Shown here: in pieces, positions 1 through 12,155 of the stretch
How the letters are laid out: the number at the start of each line of letters is the position of its first letter
Position numbering within the stretch: position 1 is the stretch's first letter
NCBI GenBank assembly: GCA_024137785.1
Contig: JAHRHZ010000218.1
Coordinates: 31,684,574-31,748,573 of the forward strand
Reading direction: 5' to 3'
Source of the DNA: Ginglymostoma cirratum
Taxonomy: Eukaryota
DNA length: 64,000 bases
The notes under the pieces: model-generated
What the model was told of the DNA's origin: nothing
The model's input: the letters and a program-made list of their open reading frames with translations, nothing else
Database searches by the model: none
Translations under genes and position numbers: made by a program

Positions 1-110
1 GGAACTGTTTCAGTGTATTAGTGTTAACTGTTGACTCTAAGACCTGGAGTGGAATTTTCAGTTCCTGGATTACAAATGGGTTTGGTGTGAGAGCGGTTAA
101 AATTCTATCA

Positions 111-280
111 GAGATAATAGGAACCGCAGATGCTGGAGAATCCGAGATAACAAGGTATAGAGCTGGATGAACACATCAGAAATCTGATGAAGGGTCTAGG
201 CCCGAAACATCAAGCTTTCCTGCTCCTATGATGCTGCTTGACCTGCTGTGTTCATCCAGCTCTACACCTTGTTATCTTGG
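111..280. mobile_element. PLE family-A tail foldback (inverted arms) with a degenerate hammerhead core at 184-211
   Basis: 111-175 is the reverse complement of the PLE tail at ~15508-15572. 184-280 is the same tail in sense, starting CTGATGAAGGGTCTAGGCCCGAAACATC. A near-duplicate TTGGTGTGAGAG(C)GGTT lies at 82-98 and 277-292. Confidence 0.85.
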
Positions 281-454
281 TGTGAGAGGGTTGTGGAGGT
301 GTCTGGGGAAGGAGTGGTGGAAATAGTTTGTCATGTAAAATGGAATTGAGAAAGAACAGTATCCAGTTGAATTTAAGGAGGAAGTTTAGACATAGTAGAT
401 GGTCCTGCGTGTTTTGGCCCCATTTTATAAAGGTGAATCTTTATCCTCTCTCCT

Positions 455-1030
455 AGTGAGACTGCATCTTGAGTATTGCATACAGCCTTGGTCCCCTTAC
501 TTGACGAAGGCGATGTAATTGGACTGGAGGCAATTCAGACGGATTCACTTGATTGATTCCACAGATGAATGGTTTGTTTTATGAGGAGAGATTGAACAGT
601 TTAGGCCTTCACTCTCTGGAGTTTTGAAGGATGAGAGATCTAATCGAGGTACATAATCTGCTAAAGGAGATTAGACATACAGAGGATGTTTCCTTGTGGG
701 GCAATCTAGAATGAGAGATTATAGTATTAGGATAAGGGGACAGAAGATTTAAATTACTTGTCTCAACGGGTCATGAATTTGTGGAATTCAATACCCTAGA
801 ATGTGTCCTAGGTGAACAATGAGTAAATATAAGGACGAGATAACTTTTTAATTAGTAACAAATCTAAGGAGGAGAATTTTTAATTAGTAAGGTGTTGAAG
901 AGTTATGGAGAATGGGCAGGAAAGTGGAGTTGAGGCTGAGATAAAATAAGCCCTGATCATATTTGTTGGCAGTGCAGGTCTGAGGGACTGAATTGCTCAT
1001 TCCTGCTCCAAGCTTGTATTTTATGTTCTA
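455..1030 (+). mobile_element. CR1 LINE 3' fragment, decayed
   Basis: Degenerate HLEYC..WSPYL coding segment, then GTGGAATTCA and a 3'UTR similar to the clearer CR1 at 54432-55040. Confidence 0.8.
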
Positions 1031-1852
1031 GGTTTAAGCCCGAAGCTTGTCTGCATATTGCTGAAGGCAAAATGTGACAGATGTTTGGGCTGAATGGCCT
1101 CCTTTTGTGCTGTAACAATGCTAAAGTTCTAACCAGTGCGATCTGCCCATGTTTTAAAACTTGCTCCTTTTCTTTTAAAAATTGATTTGAGGAATATTTG
1201 TTTATATTTAAGAATGTTACTTACATGCAAATTAATTAACACAGCTGAAATGAGAAGAAATGACAATTATATTTTTAAAAAAAAGACTTCCTTATGGTTC
1301 CGTTGTGGTACTGAAGTCCGATTCCTGAGTAAATTAAAGAAAAAAATCAAATATACCTATTAGTATCCTTGCAGGCAGCTTAAGTCTTCAAGCCGCCAGG
1401 GAGGCTGCAAATGAATACAATTAGTGGAACTCCCAATGGTGATTAATCCACGCTTGGGTCTGGAGGCTGTGCACCCTTGTTTTAGACTCTGTGACTTTGT
1501 TACTCACACTGACCTTTACCTCATTTCCTTCCCTGTGGGCTCTTGAATATTTCAATAAATTCAGCTTAAACCTTCTTTCCTGCAGTGTAAACATTCCCTG
1601 CGTCTGTGGCTTCTCCTTAAAAGGCAGGTGCCTCATTCCAGCTCATAATTTACTTGCCTTTCGCTGCCCTTTCCAGTTCCTAGACGCCTTTGTCCTAAGA
1701 ACTGGACCGGTACACTAGATGGGGGTCAGACCAATTCTACGCACAAAACTGCAGGTTAGAGACTCGCCGTATCCAGTGGTGTGTTACAGTTAACTCAGAA
1801 AGCTGTGTTGCTGTGGCAACATGTTGTTATATGGATTTCTGAAACGTGACTG

Positions 1853-2048
1853 GGGGTCAGTCAGCTAAGTTGGCTGGACAGTTGGTTTGTGATGCAACAG
1901 TGTGGGTTCAGTTCCTGCACCGGCTGAGGTTATCATGAAAGACTCTCTTTCTCAGCCCCTTCTCTCGCCTGAGGCATGGTGACCCTCGGGTTAAACTCAC
2001 CACCAGATGTGGCTCTCTAATGAAAGAGCAACTTCATGGTAACTTTAG
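1853..2048 (+). mobile_element. tRNA-derived SINE (family with CCTGAGG..GGTGACCCTCAGGTTAAAC body)
   Basis: A-box-like CAGCTAAGTTGG and B-box-like GGTTCAGTTCC. Homologous copies at 60405-60622 (+), 8915-9100 (-) and 34160-34358 (-). Confidence 0.7.
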
Positions 2049-2143
2049 AACCTTTACAACCATCACTGTCCAACAGGAATGACCATCCTGGTCATGTCTA
2101 ACTCGGAATCTCTCCCATTCTTACCAACTTACCATCTGACCTG

Positions 2144-2520
2144 TCCAGCCTGCTCTGCCATTCAATAAGATCATGGCTGATCTTTTCATGGACTCAGCTC
2201 CACTTACCCATCCACTCACGATAACCCTTAATTCCTTTACTGTTCAAAAATATATCTATCTTTGCCTTAAAAACATTCAATGAGGTAGCCTCAACTGCTT
2301 CATTGGGCAGGGAATTCCACAGATTCACAACCCTTTGGGTGAACAAGTTACTCCTCAACTCAGTCTTAAATCTGCTGCTTCTTATATTGAGGCTATGCCC
2401 TGTAGTTCTAGTTGCACCTAACACTGGAAACAACCTCCTTGCTTCAACCTTATCTATTCCCTTCATAATTTTATACCTTTCTATAAGATCTCCCCTGCAT
2501 TCTTCTAAATTCCGATGAGT
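2144..2520 (-). mobile_element. CR1 LINE 3' fragment
   Basis: ORF 2194-2538(-) contains RGDLIERYKIMKG...FTQRVVNLWNSLP, the CR1 ORF2 C-terminus. Confidence 0.92.
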
Positions 2521-3314
2521 AGACTGGGACAAACTCAATCTCTTGGCTTAGCTGTACTATGAATATACCTCACTTGGTCATCAGGTCCTGGAGTGGGGCT
2601 TGAAACTAGAGCCTCTGGCTCAGAGACCAAGACCTTACTCACCGTTATACAAAACCTGCTGTAAAGCAAGTATCAATCCACAATATGCCCTTCCTGATGT
2701 AATGTTATTGGCTGCAAAGGAACTGGATATTATGCAGTGCAGATAAGAGGACATAACAAATTTTGAACAGGTGAACTGTCTACTCCTCAGTGTCATCCTG
2801 AGATTTTGGGATGAGATTTCTAGCCCCCAGTGATGGGCTGACACATTGATGTATGGGTGGGTATACAAAACTGTGTCGCTGGATACAGAGTTGGGGTTTT
2901 CTGGCCCCATCGCATGGTCAGGCCATTTAGACTGACTGGGATTTAGCTGCTGGCTTCCATGCTCCTCACAGGTGGCTTGGCACAGTCCAGCTGCTTGGAG
3001 GCCACATCCTGTAGGTAGCATGGGCTTGGATCACCTCTGTGCCCGTTCAGGATGATCTGTGGATGCAGTGGAAACTGTGAGCAGAGCTTGCCACCCACCA
3101 GACCACTCCACCCAAACCCCCAGCTCCACTGCATCTCCCTGCCACATTCCATCCCTTTAACCCACCTCACCCTGCCACCAGCCCACCTCAGAAGTGGCTG
3201 CAAAGGCTGTTGTTTAGTTTCAGGATAAATCTGGCAGGATGGGCACCTTTCATGATGGGGCATCCACTTCTTCATTTGCCTAGCGTGGCATCCTGGATTC
3301 TGAATGAGAGAACC

Positions 3315-3618
3315 TAGGTGGCATGGTGGCTCAGTAGCTGGCACTGCTGCCTCACCACACCAGGTACCCGGGTTTGTTTCCACCCACAGGTGACCATCAC
3401 TCTGGAGTTTGCACATTCTCCCTGTGTCTGCATGGGTTTCCTCCAGGTGTCCCAGTTTCCTCCCACAGTCCAAAGATGTGCAGGTTGGATGCATTGGGCA
3501 TGGAAAGTGTAGGCTTACAGGGATTTGGTAGGGGGTTGGTGGATCTGGGTGGGATGCCCTGGAGAGGATTGGTGTGGTCTCAATGACCTGCTTCTACACT
3601 GTAAGGATTTTATGATTC
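3315..3618 (+). mobile_element. HE1-like V-SINE
   Basis: tRNA head GGTGGCTCAGTAG, V-domain GGAGTTTGCACATTCTCCCTGTGTCTGCATGGGTTTCCTCC...CCCACAGTCCAAAGATGTGCAGG, and a CR1-like tail. Confidence 0.9.
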
Positions 3619-3959
3619 CATGGACCTTCTTTCAAGCTTCCAGCTTCAAGAGTGCACCTTCTGCTGGGTATTATATACAAGATCATGGTGATAGTTCTCC
3701 ACACAGAGCAAGACTCGGGACTCTGAGCTTGATGTACAGCAGATACCCCTCCCTTGTGTTCTATTCTCAGTTTGCTGACTCAAAGTTACCACACCCTGTT
3801 CTGATTTGCTTTGGTAATCCATCCATGTGTAATCACTTTCCTTTTGTTGTTGATTTTACAGTTTTCCTTGCTTTGCCCTGTTTAATATTATTTCCCAACA
3901 CATGACTTTTCATTTGCCCATGTTAAATGATATTGAAATCTAGAAATATCATTTCAGCG

Positions 3960-4311
3960 TGGGCAGTACAGTGGCTGAGAGGTTAGTATGGTGCCTCAGA
4001 GCGACAGGGACCTGGGTTCAATTCCACCCTTGGTTCACTATCTGTATGTGGAGTTTGCATATTCTCCCCATGTCTGTGTGGGTTTCCTCTAGGTGCTCTG
4101 ATTACCTCCCACAGTGCAAAAATGTGCAGGTTAGGTGGCTAGGCCATGCTAAATTGCCCCTTAGTGTCTAGGGTTGTGCAGGCTAGGTGGACTAACTATG
4201 GTAAATGCATGGTTAAAGGGGTAAGGGGGCAGGTGAGATGTTCTTCGGAGGGTTGGTGCAGACTTGATGGGCTGAATGGCGTCTATCTTCACGGTAGGAA
4301 TTCTATGATTC
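3960..4311 (+). mobile_element. HE1-like V-SINE
   Basis: Same head, V-domain and tail (ends GAATTCTATGATTC). Confidence 0.9.
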
Positions 4312-4349
4312 CTAGTCTTTAATGTTGCTTTGGCTATTCACTGGAACCA

Positions 4350-4515
4350 AAGCAACATGCTGTGGAACCTGGAAATCTGAAATAGAAACAAAATGCTGGA
4401 GAAACGCAAGAAGTCTGACAGCATCTGTGGAAAGAGGAACCGAGCTCACTTTCAAATCCAATATGATGCTCTTTCAGAATTGTTCAGCATTTCTCCAGGA
4501 TTTTCTGTTTTTGTT
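4350..4515. mobile_element. PLE family-B tail remnant, partial foldback
   Basis: AAATGCTGGAGAAA...CAGCATCTGTGG matches 50718-50850; CAGCATTTCTCCAG follows downstream as an inverted arm. Confidence 0.6.
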
Positions 4516-4686
4516 TATTATAGGCTGTTCATTCATTCATGGTTGTCCCTCCCATCTTAGCTTCTTTAACAAACTCAAGAGTTTTGTTTCTCTCCCTAGT
4601 CGGCAAATAATTGAAAACCGGAATGGCTCCAGTAACTGATCACTGGATAAGGCACTCAACTAATTAACCAGGTCCTGTTTTACATG

Positions 4687-5329
4687 AGAGATAAAAGGTA
4701 CTGCAGATGCTGGAGAATCCGAGATAACAAGCATGGGGCTGGATGAACACAGCAGGTCAAGCAGCANNNNNNNNNNNNNNNNNNNNNNNNNNNNNNNNNN
4801 NNNNNNNNNNNNNNNNNNNNNNNNNNNNNNNNNNNNNNNNNNNNNNNNNNNNNNNNNNNNNNNNNNNNNNNNNNNNNNNNNNNNNNNNNNNNNNNNNNNN
4901 NNNNNNNNNNNNNNNNNNNNNNNNNNNNNNNNNNNNNNNNNNNNNNNNNNNNNNNNNNNNNNNNNNNNNNNNNNNNNNNNNNNNNNNNNNNNNNNNNNNN
5001 NNNNNNNNNNNNNNNNNNNNNNNNNNNNNNNNNNNNNNNNNNNNNNNNNNNNNNNNNNNNNNNNNNNNNNNNNNNNNNNNNNNNNNNNNNNNNNNNNNNN
5101 NNNNNNNNNNNNNNNNNNNNNNNNNNNNNNNNNNNNNNNNNNNNNNNNNNNNNNNNNNNNNNNNNNCTCTATCCATCCTCTATCCGCCTCCCCCTCTCTC
5201 CCTATTTATTTCAGAACCCTCTTCCCCTCCCCCATTTCTGATGAAGGGTTTAGGCCCGAAACGTCAAGTTTTCCTGCTCCTATGGTGCTGCTTGACCTGC
5301 TGTGTTCATCCAGCCCCATGCTTGTTATC
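4687..5329. mobile_element. PLE family-A foldback insertion spanning an assembly gap; intact hammerhead core at 5238-5265
   Basis: The inner part of the left arm (~4723-4766) is the reverse complement of the right end (~5286-5329). 5167-5329 matches the PLE tail at ~15385-15540. 13-bp TSD CCTGTTTTACATG at 4674-4686 and 5330-5342. Confidence 0.9.
4767..5166. other. Assembly gap (400 N)
   Basis: Run of N. Confidence 1.
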
Positions 5330-6810
5330 CCTGTTTTACATGCCTTGGTCTTCTCTGATTCAGCCAAAGTTCAATCAATTTTGGAAGGACTCCACCTATA
5401 TTATTCCTTCCAACCCCATGGCCTAATCACACATACTGCACTCTCTGAAAATCTTGGTAAAGCATCTACACAAACACCCACTGAGTTTTCACTTACCCAC
5501 AAGTTTTGTTACCTCCAGTTAGAACTCCGAGTCACTGGAGAATTGAGACATTCCTCCAACAAAATGATGCGAGTTCCCTCAATTTATTATTTCTAAGGCA
5601 GTTCATTGTCTGTTCTTTCAGAATGTCCTGCAGCATTTGCCTGACAATACAAATGCAAATATTTAGATCTCGAGGTTTCTGTTTTTGGATTGCACATCAT
5701 TTCATTCTCTGATATTTTCAGGCAACTTGCATCTGTTCCAGGCACAGCAGCACAGTGCCGTACGCTAACCTTCCCTGTTGTGGAAATTTGCCAAGCAGCA
5801 GTAACACACATAAAACCCATCTGGTGATGAGGAGTGTGGCTGCAATGCATCTTTTTTTCAAAAAAACAATTAGCAGTGGAACCAAAATGAATTTCCATCT
5901 GGACTGTTTCATATGAACAAAGTGAAAGCGAAGTGAAGAGGCAACAATGATAGTGACGATAACTTGAAGCCTGTGCTTTTGAAAGAAATACAGGAAAGTG
6001 ACAAGTGTATAAAGTACTTGTAGTGAAATTTGCTGGTTAGATTCTGTCTTCTACCTTTTTCTTTCCACATTTTGAAAGGATTTTCCTCGTCCCAGGCATT
6101 AATGTTTTTATCTTCTGCTAACCACATTGGTCTGTACAGTTTTTAATCTTTCTTAGGTTCACCAGAACAAATTTCGATTGCAGTCCTAAATGGTTTCTAC
6201 TTTGCAAGTGGAGACCACCTCGCTACTGTTTGTTCTGTGTAGCTGTATTAAACTGATGCTCTGATTCCCTTCAATTTTCTTTGAAAATCCAATATTCTTC
6301 TCTTGGTCTCTTTCTATACGCCAATGAGTCATTCAGTTCCAATAATATGATTGTTGAACATAGTTGTTCTTCTGCCAAGGTGTTTGCTAAAGGTGAGGTC
6401 GAAAATAGTCTACCACTTTGTTGCCTCTTCAACAATCCATGCACAAAAGCAACTCTGACTCATCCCTTAGAAGTATGTATTGTTCCTCACTTTTTTTTAT
6501 GCTTGTTCATCTGGGTACTTGAAACCAGCCAATGACTATTAAAGAAAAATGCTGGCAGTGCACACCTATTAGTCATCACCTGTAGTTAGAAAAGGATCTG
6601 TAATATGTTTTGGGCATCTAACTCTTAATCAGCTCTGGCACCCCAAAACAGTCTGACCTCTGCACAGTTCTGTGCTAACCCGTAGTGTATTTACACCATA
6701 TTATGCTTTATCTCAGTTTTTAACCATGAACTCTTTTCATCACACAGATCACTATCCAGCTGTATAAGGGTGAGCACTTGACTGAGTTTGTGCATATATG
6801 GGGCACTAAT

Positions 6811-7050
6811 GGCTCATACAGCACAGTTGTAGTGTCCCTCCTTCTGGGCCAGAATGTCTGGGTTCAGGTCCCACCTGGGCTCTCCTTCTCAATCTCTCCC
6901 CTTGCCTGAGGTGTAGTGCTCCTCAGGTTAAACCTCTGCTGGTCGTTTCTCTCCAATGAGGGAGCAGCCCTATGGTCCAGTAAGACTGTGGCGACTTGAC
7001 TTGCTGTAGAGGTGTGTCATAATGCGCCTGAACAAGTTGGTTAAAATATC
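6811..7050 (+). mobile_element. Short tRNA-derived SINE interrupted by the 3' part of another SINE
   Basis: Head GTAGTGTCCCT...GGGTTCAGGTCCCACCTG, insert ~6878-7000 (CCTGAGGTGTAGTGCTCCTCAGGTTAAAC), then the host resumes with GAGGTGTGTCATAA...GTTGGTTAAAATA. Confidence 0.7.
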
Positions 7051-8570
7051 TAGGAATACAACTGATGGGGGAAGTATCTGCCTAAATGCTATACAATCAG
7101 CATTTGACATCTGGCATTTAACAAGGATCATTACTTGGCAAAAGATAAGTGACACATCTACGTGTGCACTCCCTACAGAAATATTCTGCAAAGAAATGGG
7201 CTAATCAACATTTGCGGAAGTTGGTGATAATACTGTTCCTCTCCCTTATCTTATTTCCCAGTTAGTCCTACAAAATTTTTTTTCTCACTGTGTCTCATCC
7301 TGGTTACACTCTGAGTCACATTCGGAGAGTGTGAATCCAGTAGATGTCCTTTACTACATTTAATCCTGAGAATGGCGAGGTGTCTCAGATGAAACATCTG
7401 CAAAATAAACCAGAAGGACTGAGTGGGGTGGTATTGTTTAGTCAGCAATCCCACACACAAGACCATTGAAGAAATGGTGACTGTGAAGTGCTTGGCAGAG
7501 ATTAAACAAGTAGAACAGTTGACAATAAATCCTAGGTAGAATTAGATTGACTACCACCTCTGGAGGGACATCCTTGCCAAGTTCATTGATTTTACAGTGC
7601 TATTTTGTGGTTCTGTTTCAATATAAGGAAGAACCTACTGTGACACATGACATAAGGCTACAGCATTGCATGCACCATTGTTTTGTTTCATTTTAAGATT
7701 ATTGGGTGAGGCCCATATGCTTTTCCTCTTGAGAGACTGGAGGTTCCAGTAATTAAACAACCAATGCATGCAATAAATGTTTGATTTTCTGTGTGAAGTT
7801 TTGATGAATGTTCTCCCCGGAATATGTTTCCTGTAGATTAGGTATCTGCAGAGTTCCCATGATTAAACTGGAGAAGCTGGCAAGTGGTCTGTGTTATATT
7901 AGACAAGAGGTTTTTTTTCCCTGCATTTAGCTGCATACAACCTACAAATTCATGTAAATGGGATGGAAGCCCTATACAAATTTCAAGTGGGGCAATGCAA
8001 ATTTAAAGCCAGCAGTACTGACTTACAGACCCCACAAAACACAATGGCTGCATCAGTGAGATATTCGTTGAATATCTGAACCTATGCTAAGAGGGTTACT
8101 GATATAACCATGTAGCATAGCATGAACCGTTACAGACCTTATGGTATTAAAAGGTAATAAAATGCAGTGTAACAGAATAGTTCAGCAATTAAAATTTTCA
8201 TCCTCATTTTCATTCTCTTGCCCTGTTCTTATCTCTGAGACTTTATTCAGTTCTGCAGTTTTGAAATTTCTATACTATATCTGTCCAATGTGGGTCTTTT
8301 GTACAAAGTGCCAACTTTGGCAGCCTTATCTTCAGCTGTTTGGGTCTTGAGCTTTCCTTGCAGTCTCTCCTCCATCAAGTTTCACGTGAAACTTAGCCTC
8401 TGCCCAAGCTTTTGGTCACCTGTCCAAATATTTCCTGATTTGACTTGTTGCCAAATTTTATCTGTTAGTGCAGCTGTTACAACATCAAAAGCACTATTTA
8501 AATGTAAGTTGTTGCATGTTTACATTCAGCTGTCCTAGTTTTGCTCATGCAGTATACATTGTTATGGTAT

Positions 8571-8613
8571 TCTTGCATCTGTCCTGATGAGTGCAAGATG
8601 AAAAGCTTTGGCA
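8571..8613 (+). ncRNA. Candidate minimal type-I hammerhead ribozyme, family D
   Basis: Stem I UGUC/GGCA, CUGAUGA at 8584-8590, stem II GU-GCAAG-AU, GAAA, palindromic AAGCUU stem III, predicted cut after U8609. A second copy lies at 56316-56357. Confidence 0.65.
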
Positions 8614-8914
8614 ACATGTTTTTACTTTCAGCAATAGAACATATATTATTTAAGAATGTAGCTAATTGGAGCCAGTTTTCAAAGGGCCTTTCTCCTGTAC
8701 TTCCAAAAGGAAAAATGAGAATTGTTAAATTTGATAAAGTCCTGCTTTTGTCTCCCAAACTGCACTGATTATACAAATGAAGGAAATTCCAGCAGCTCAG
8801 TGTTAACTGTGTAGTTTACAATGCTCCCCCTTCTTCAAAGTAGATGCTTTGGCTGTAAATATTAAATGCCTAACTAGAGCATTTAAATATCACTTCAAAA
8901 TTGTCATCGTCCCA

Positions 8915-9100
8915 GTGAACCATAAGACTGCTCCCTCGTTATGGAGAGAGATGACTGGTAGTGGTTTAACTTAAGAGGCATCACGCCTCGGTTGAGGGAT
9001 GATGTGGAGAACGTAGGACATTCATGGTAATCTCATGTGATACGGGAAACGAACCCATGCTGTGCATCCGAAACCAGCTGTCCCGCCGCTGAGCTGACTG
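8915..9100 (-). mobile_element. tRNA-derived SINE, same family as 1853-2048
   Basis: GACTGGTAGTGGTTTAAC...CATCACGCCTC, with the reverse-complemented tRNA head ending GAGCTGACTG. Confidence 0.6.
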
Positions 9101-11634
9101 ATCCCTTTAAGCACATGGATAATTGTAGCAGAGGCTGGTCAAAAGTAAAACCAAAAACACTAAATGGACGTTTGCTTTGACTTTACATTCTTCCAGTGAA
9201 ATACTGAGCACTATTTACTATGAATTATATGCATTGGGTTGGGCCAGTTTGCTAAGAAACGACAGGATATGGAGGATAATCTGGACTGGAGATTTGCGAA
9301 GCTAAGAACACCTAAACCACTGCTGACGTGAAACTGGATTGGAGCCTGCCCTGATTCCTTCACTGCACTTACCAAATATTCCTTCTAGCAGATTTTCTTC
9401 TAAAATTTTGTTTTGAACATCAGCACTGCCTTAATCTTTTAATCCTCTTAAATAAATCCATATGTGTGCAGTTCTGAACACTTTCTGCATCTGCAGCAAC
9501 GGGGACTTGTACATTCATGATGTTCTTCCTGCAAAGATGATGATGGTTCGCATCACAGCTCAGCAGGTTTAATCATTGGCTGGCAAGATGAAGTGTTCAA
9601 ATCCGGATCTGTTCATGCCTTTAGCACTGCCCTAGATACCCATCAATGACTATAACGTGCCTGAAAAGGTGTGGGTACAATTAACCAGGATCCCCATTGC
9701 GTGCTTGCTTGGAAACTCCGTGATTATGTGAACACTGAGAAGAGCTAAGACCTATTGCCCTTAATGCTCGAATAGTTTGCTTTTGCTTGAGTACTGCCTA
9801 CTTGGATGAGACCTTAGAGGTTGACAAGCATCTTTGGAACTGTATGCAGCAAGTTGTCAATGACTATAGAGTAGTTGAAGGAAGTTTGCAACAATGGAAG
9901 GAAAAATTAAATTTGTATCTAGACTTTTAAAAATAATATTAGGACCTCTCAAGTGATTCACAGCTAATGAAGTATTTTTGAAATTTACTTGGTGATGTGT
10001 TGCATATTGGTGTTGTAGTTACATATTTGCATGAAGCATGATCCTTCGTAGGTGAGATAAAGATCAGATTATCCGTTCTACTGATGCTGGGTAAGAAATG
10101 AACGTTAGCCAGGATATGGGGAGAACAACCCCGCTCTTCTTTCAAATGATTCCATTTGGATCTCTTTCAACCACGTGAGAGGACCCACGTGAGAGGGCAA
10201 GTGGATCTGGGACCTCGTCTGCATTGTTCTATCCAGAGGGATGTTGCTTTGTTACTGACAGTGATTACGTTACAAATGTGAGAAAGTAACGTTAACAATA
10301 AATCAGCACTGCATCTCATTCTCCAACCATGAGAGAGAGCTTTGATGAGGTGTGTCAAAATGAACCAAATGTGTCCGTACAACAGTTTGGTAGCTTCAAT
10401 ATAACCATTAATGCTACTGGCTCTGTTTAATTTCAGATTTATTAATTCAGTTTTAAATTCCCCAGCTACCATAGTGTGATTTTAACTCCTGCCTCTGGAT
10501 CATTGATCCAGGATTACCCATCTAATAATATAACTGCTATGCTACCATACCTGAAGGTCAGTATTTATGTTGCACATTATTATCCTCTTTCTTTGTCTCT
10601 CAATCCTTTTTATTGCTTTCTTTCTCATGGACGCATCTAGCTGCCTCATAAATGCTTTAATGACACATGCAGTAGTTTCCAATGTGTTTGACATGCCTAC
10701 CACTCTGAGCAGTTTTCATGAATTCATCATTGGATTATTTTGTGACAATCTTGTTGAATCCCTTTATAATTCGTAATGGCATTGAAGAATGAACGCTGAC
10801 CAAGACACTAGGAAATCTTTCAGACACTGCATCCCATTGAACAATGGGATTTTATTGTTAAGCAACCAGCTAGACATGGCTTCTGTTACATTTCCCATCC
10901 TAAAGGTGACACCTTGAGGATAAGGCCTTGGATGCGTGCCAGCCGAGGTGTTCTCCTCTATCGTCTAAAGAGACCCTTGGGGATCTTCTAATTCCGAGGG
11001 AGGAGTGGGAAGACTGTGTCTTGCACCCAGTCAAATTGACATTCAGTCAATATCAATCAAAAGGTTAATGCTTTAAAATCAGAATTCTGCTTTGAAGTCC
11101 TGATTTGTGGGAGTACTGAGATGAGTCACATCATTCAATGTTCATAACATTGTAATTTCTCCATCAGCAAGAGGTGGGTTCAAGCCTCACTGCAGAACTT
11201 AAGCTTGCAACATTTGCTGACACCTCAGTGCAGTACTGGGGGGAATGCTGTCACTGTTGGAAGTGCCATCTTTCAGATTTTGATAAAACATGGCTAGGGC
11301 TGCCTATTGGATGTGAGGGAGTCCCTATGCCCTTTGGGGGCAACCCTGGAGTTGGTACCCCTCTTAATCCCCCAGCATATCTAACCCAACTGCAGCACAC
11401 CCCCTTCCCCCCCACCCTCTATTGACAGGGTCTCCCAGCTGCAAATGGGCTCGAATCTGGTATCCATTTTCACTTCTTCCCTGAGACTGCTTGTAGTTCT
11501 GGCTGTGGCCATTAGTCTGCCCTGTCGCTGCTGGGACTACAGAGCTGTCAGCAATACTACCGCCAGTCCGTGAGAGGCAAAAGTCCCACTCTGATCCAAT
11601 TAAGGCTGCAATAATGTGTTATTGCTATGGGAAG

Positions 11635-11745
11635 GGCTGTTATGGTGCAGGGATAGTGTCCCTATCTCTAAGCCAGAATGTCCGGGCTCAAGTCCTGTCT
11701 GCCTTGGAGCTATTTTGTAGCATGACCAAGCAGGTTGATTAAAAG
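11635..11745 (+). mobile_element. Short (~110 bp) tRNA-derived SINE
   Basis: TGGTGCAGGGATAGTGTCCCT...GGGCTCAAGTCCTGTCTG...CAGGTTGATTAAAA. Further copies on - at ~30158-30270, 39725-39830, 40965-41068, 58805-58920 and 62240-62335. Confidence 0.7.
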
Positions 11746-11799
11746 TAAATATTGTCACTCCGGGCAGGTAGATTTCACATTGGTGAGGGGTTTTTCTTT

Positions 11800-12155
11800 T
11801 TATATTCACTTGTGGGACGTTAACATCACTGGCTGGCTCGCATTTTTTTTTGTCCCGGGTTGCCTTTGAGAAGATGGTGGTGAGCTACCTTCTTGAACCG
11901 CTGCAGTCCACATGCTATACAAGTCAACCAACAATGCCCTTGGGGAGGGAATTCCAGGATTTTGATGCAGCAACAGTGAAGTAACAGAGATATATTTCCA
12001 AGTCAGGATGGAGTATGGCTTGGTGCGGAACTTGAAGATGGTGGTGTTCCCATGTATTTGCTGCCTTTGTCCTTCTAGATGGAAGTGGTTGTTTGTTTGG
12101 CAATTGCTGTCTAAGGAACTTTGAATTTCTGCAGTGTATCGTGTAGATAGCACAC
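11800..12155 (-). mobile_element. CR1/L2-group LINE (second family) 3' fragment
   Basis: ORF 11924-12157(-) QQLPNKQPLPSRRTKAA...SKSWNSLP; homologous to 21775-22452. Confidence 0.8.

Noticed and set aside
826-890. ~35-bp imperfect tandem duplication inside a CR1
   Set aside because: Ordinary local duplication in a dead repeat.
4733-5596. Long ORFs across 4.7-5.6 kb and 32.0-32.7 kb, including mirror-image MELEEYSRPGS ORFs
   Set aside because: Artefacts of N runs and inverted arms.
6157-6242. Possible exon after a TTTCTTAG acceptor (also isolated donor-like sites near 21238 + and 50370 -)
   Set aside because: No recognisable protein and no consistent exon chain, so a host gene cannot be supported from the sequence alone.
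10171-10197. Tandem CCACGTGAGAGG giving two E-boxes
   Set aside because: Small duplication within a Deu-SINE remnant; no evidence of function.
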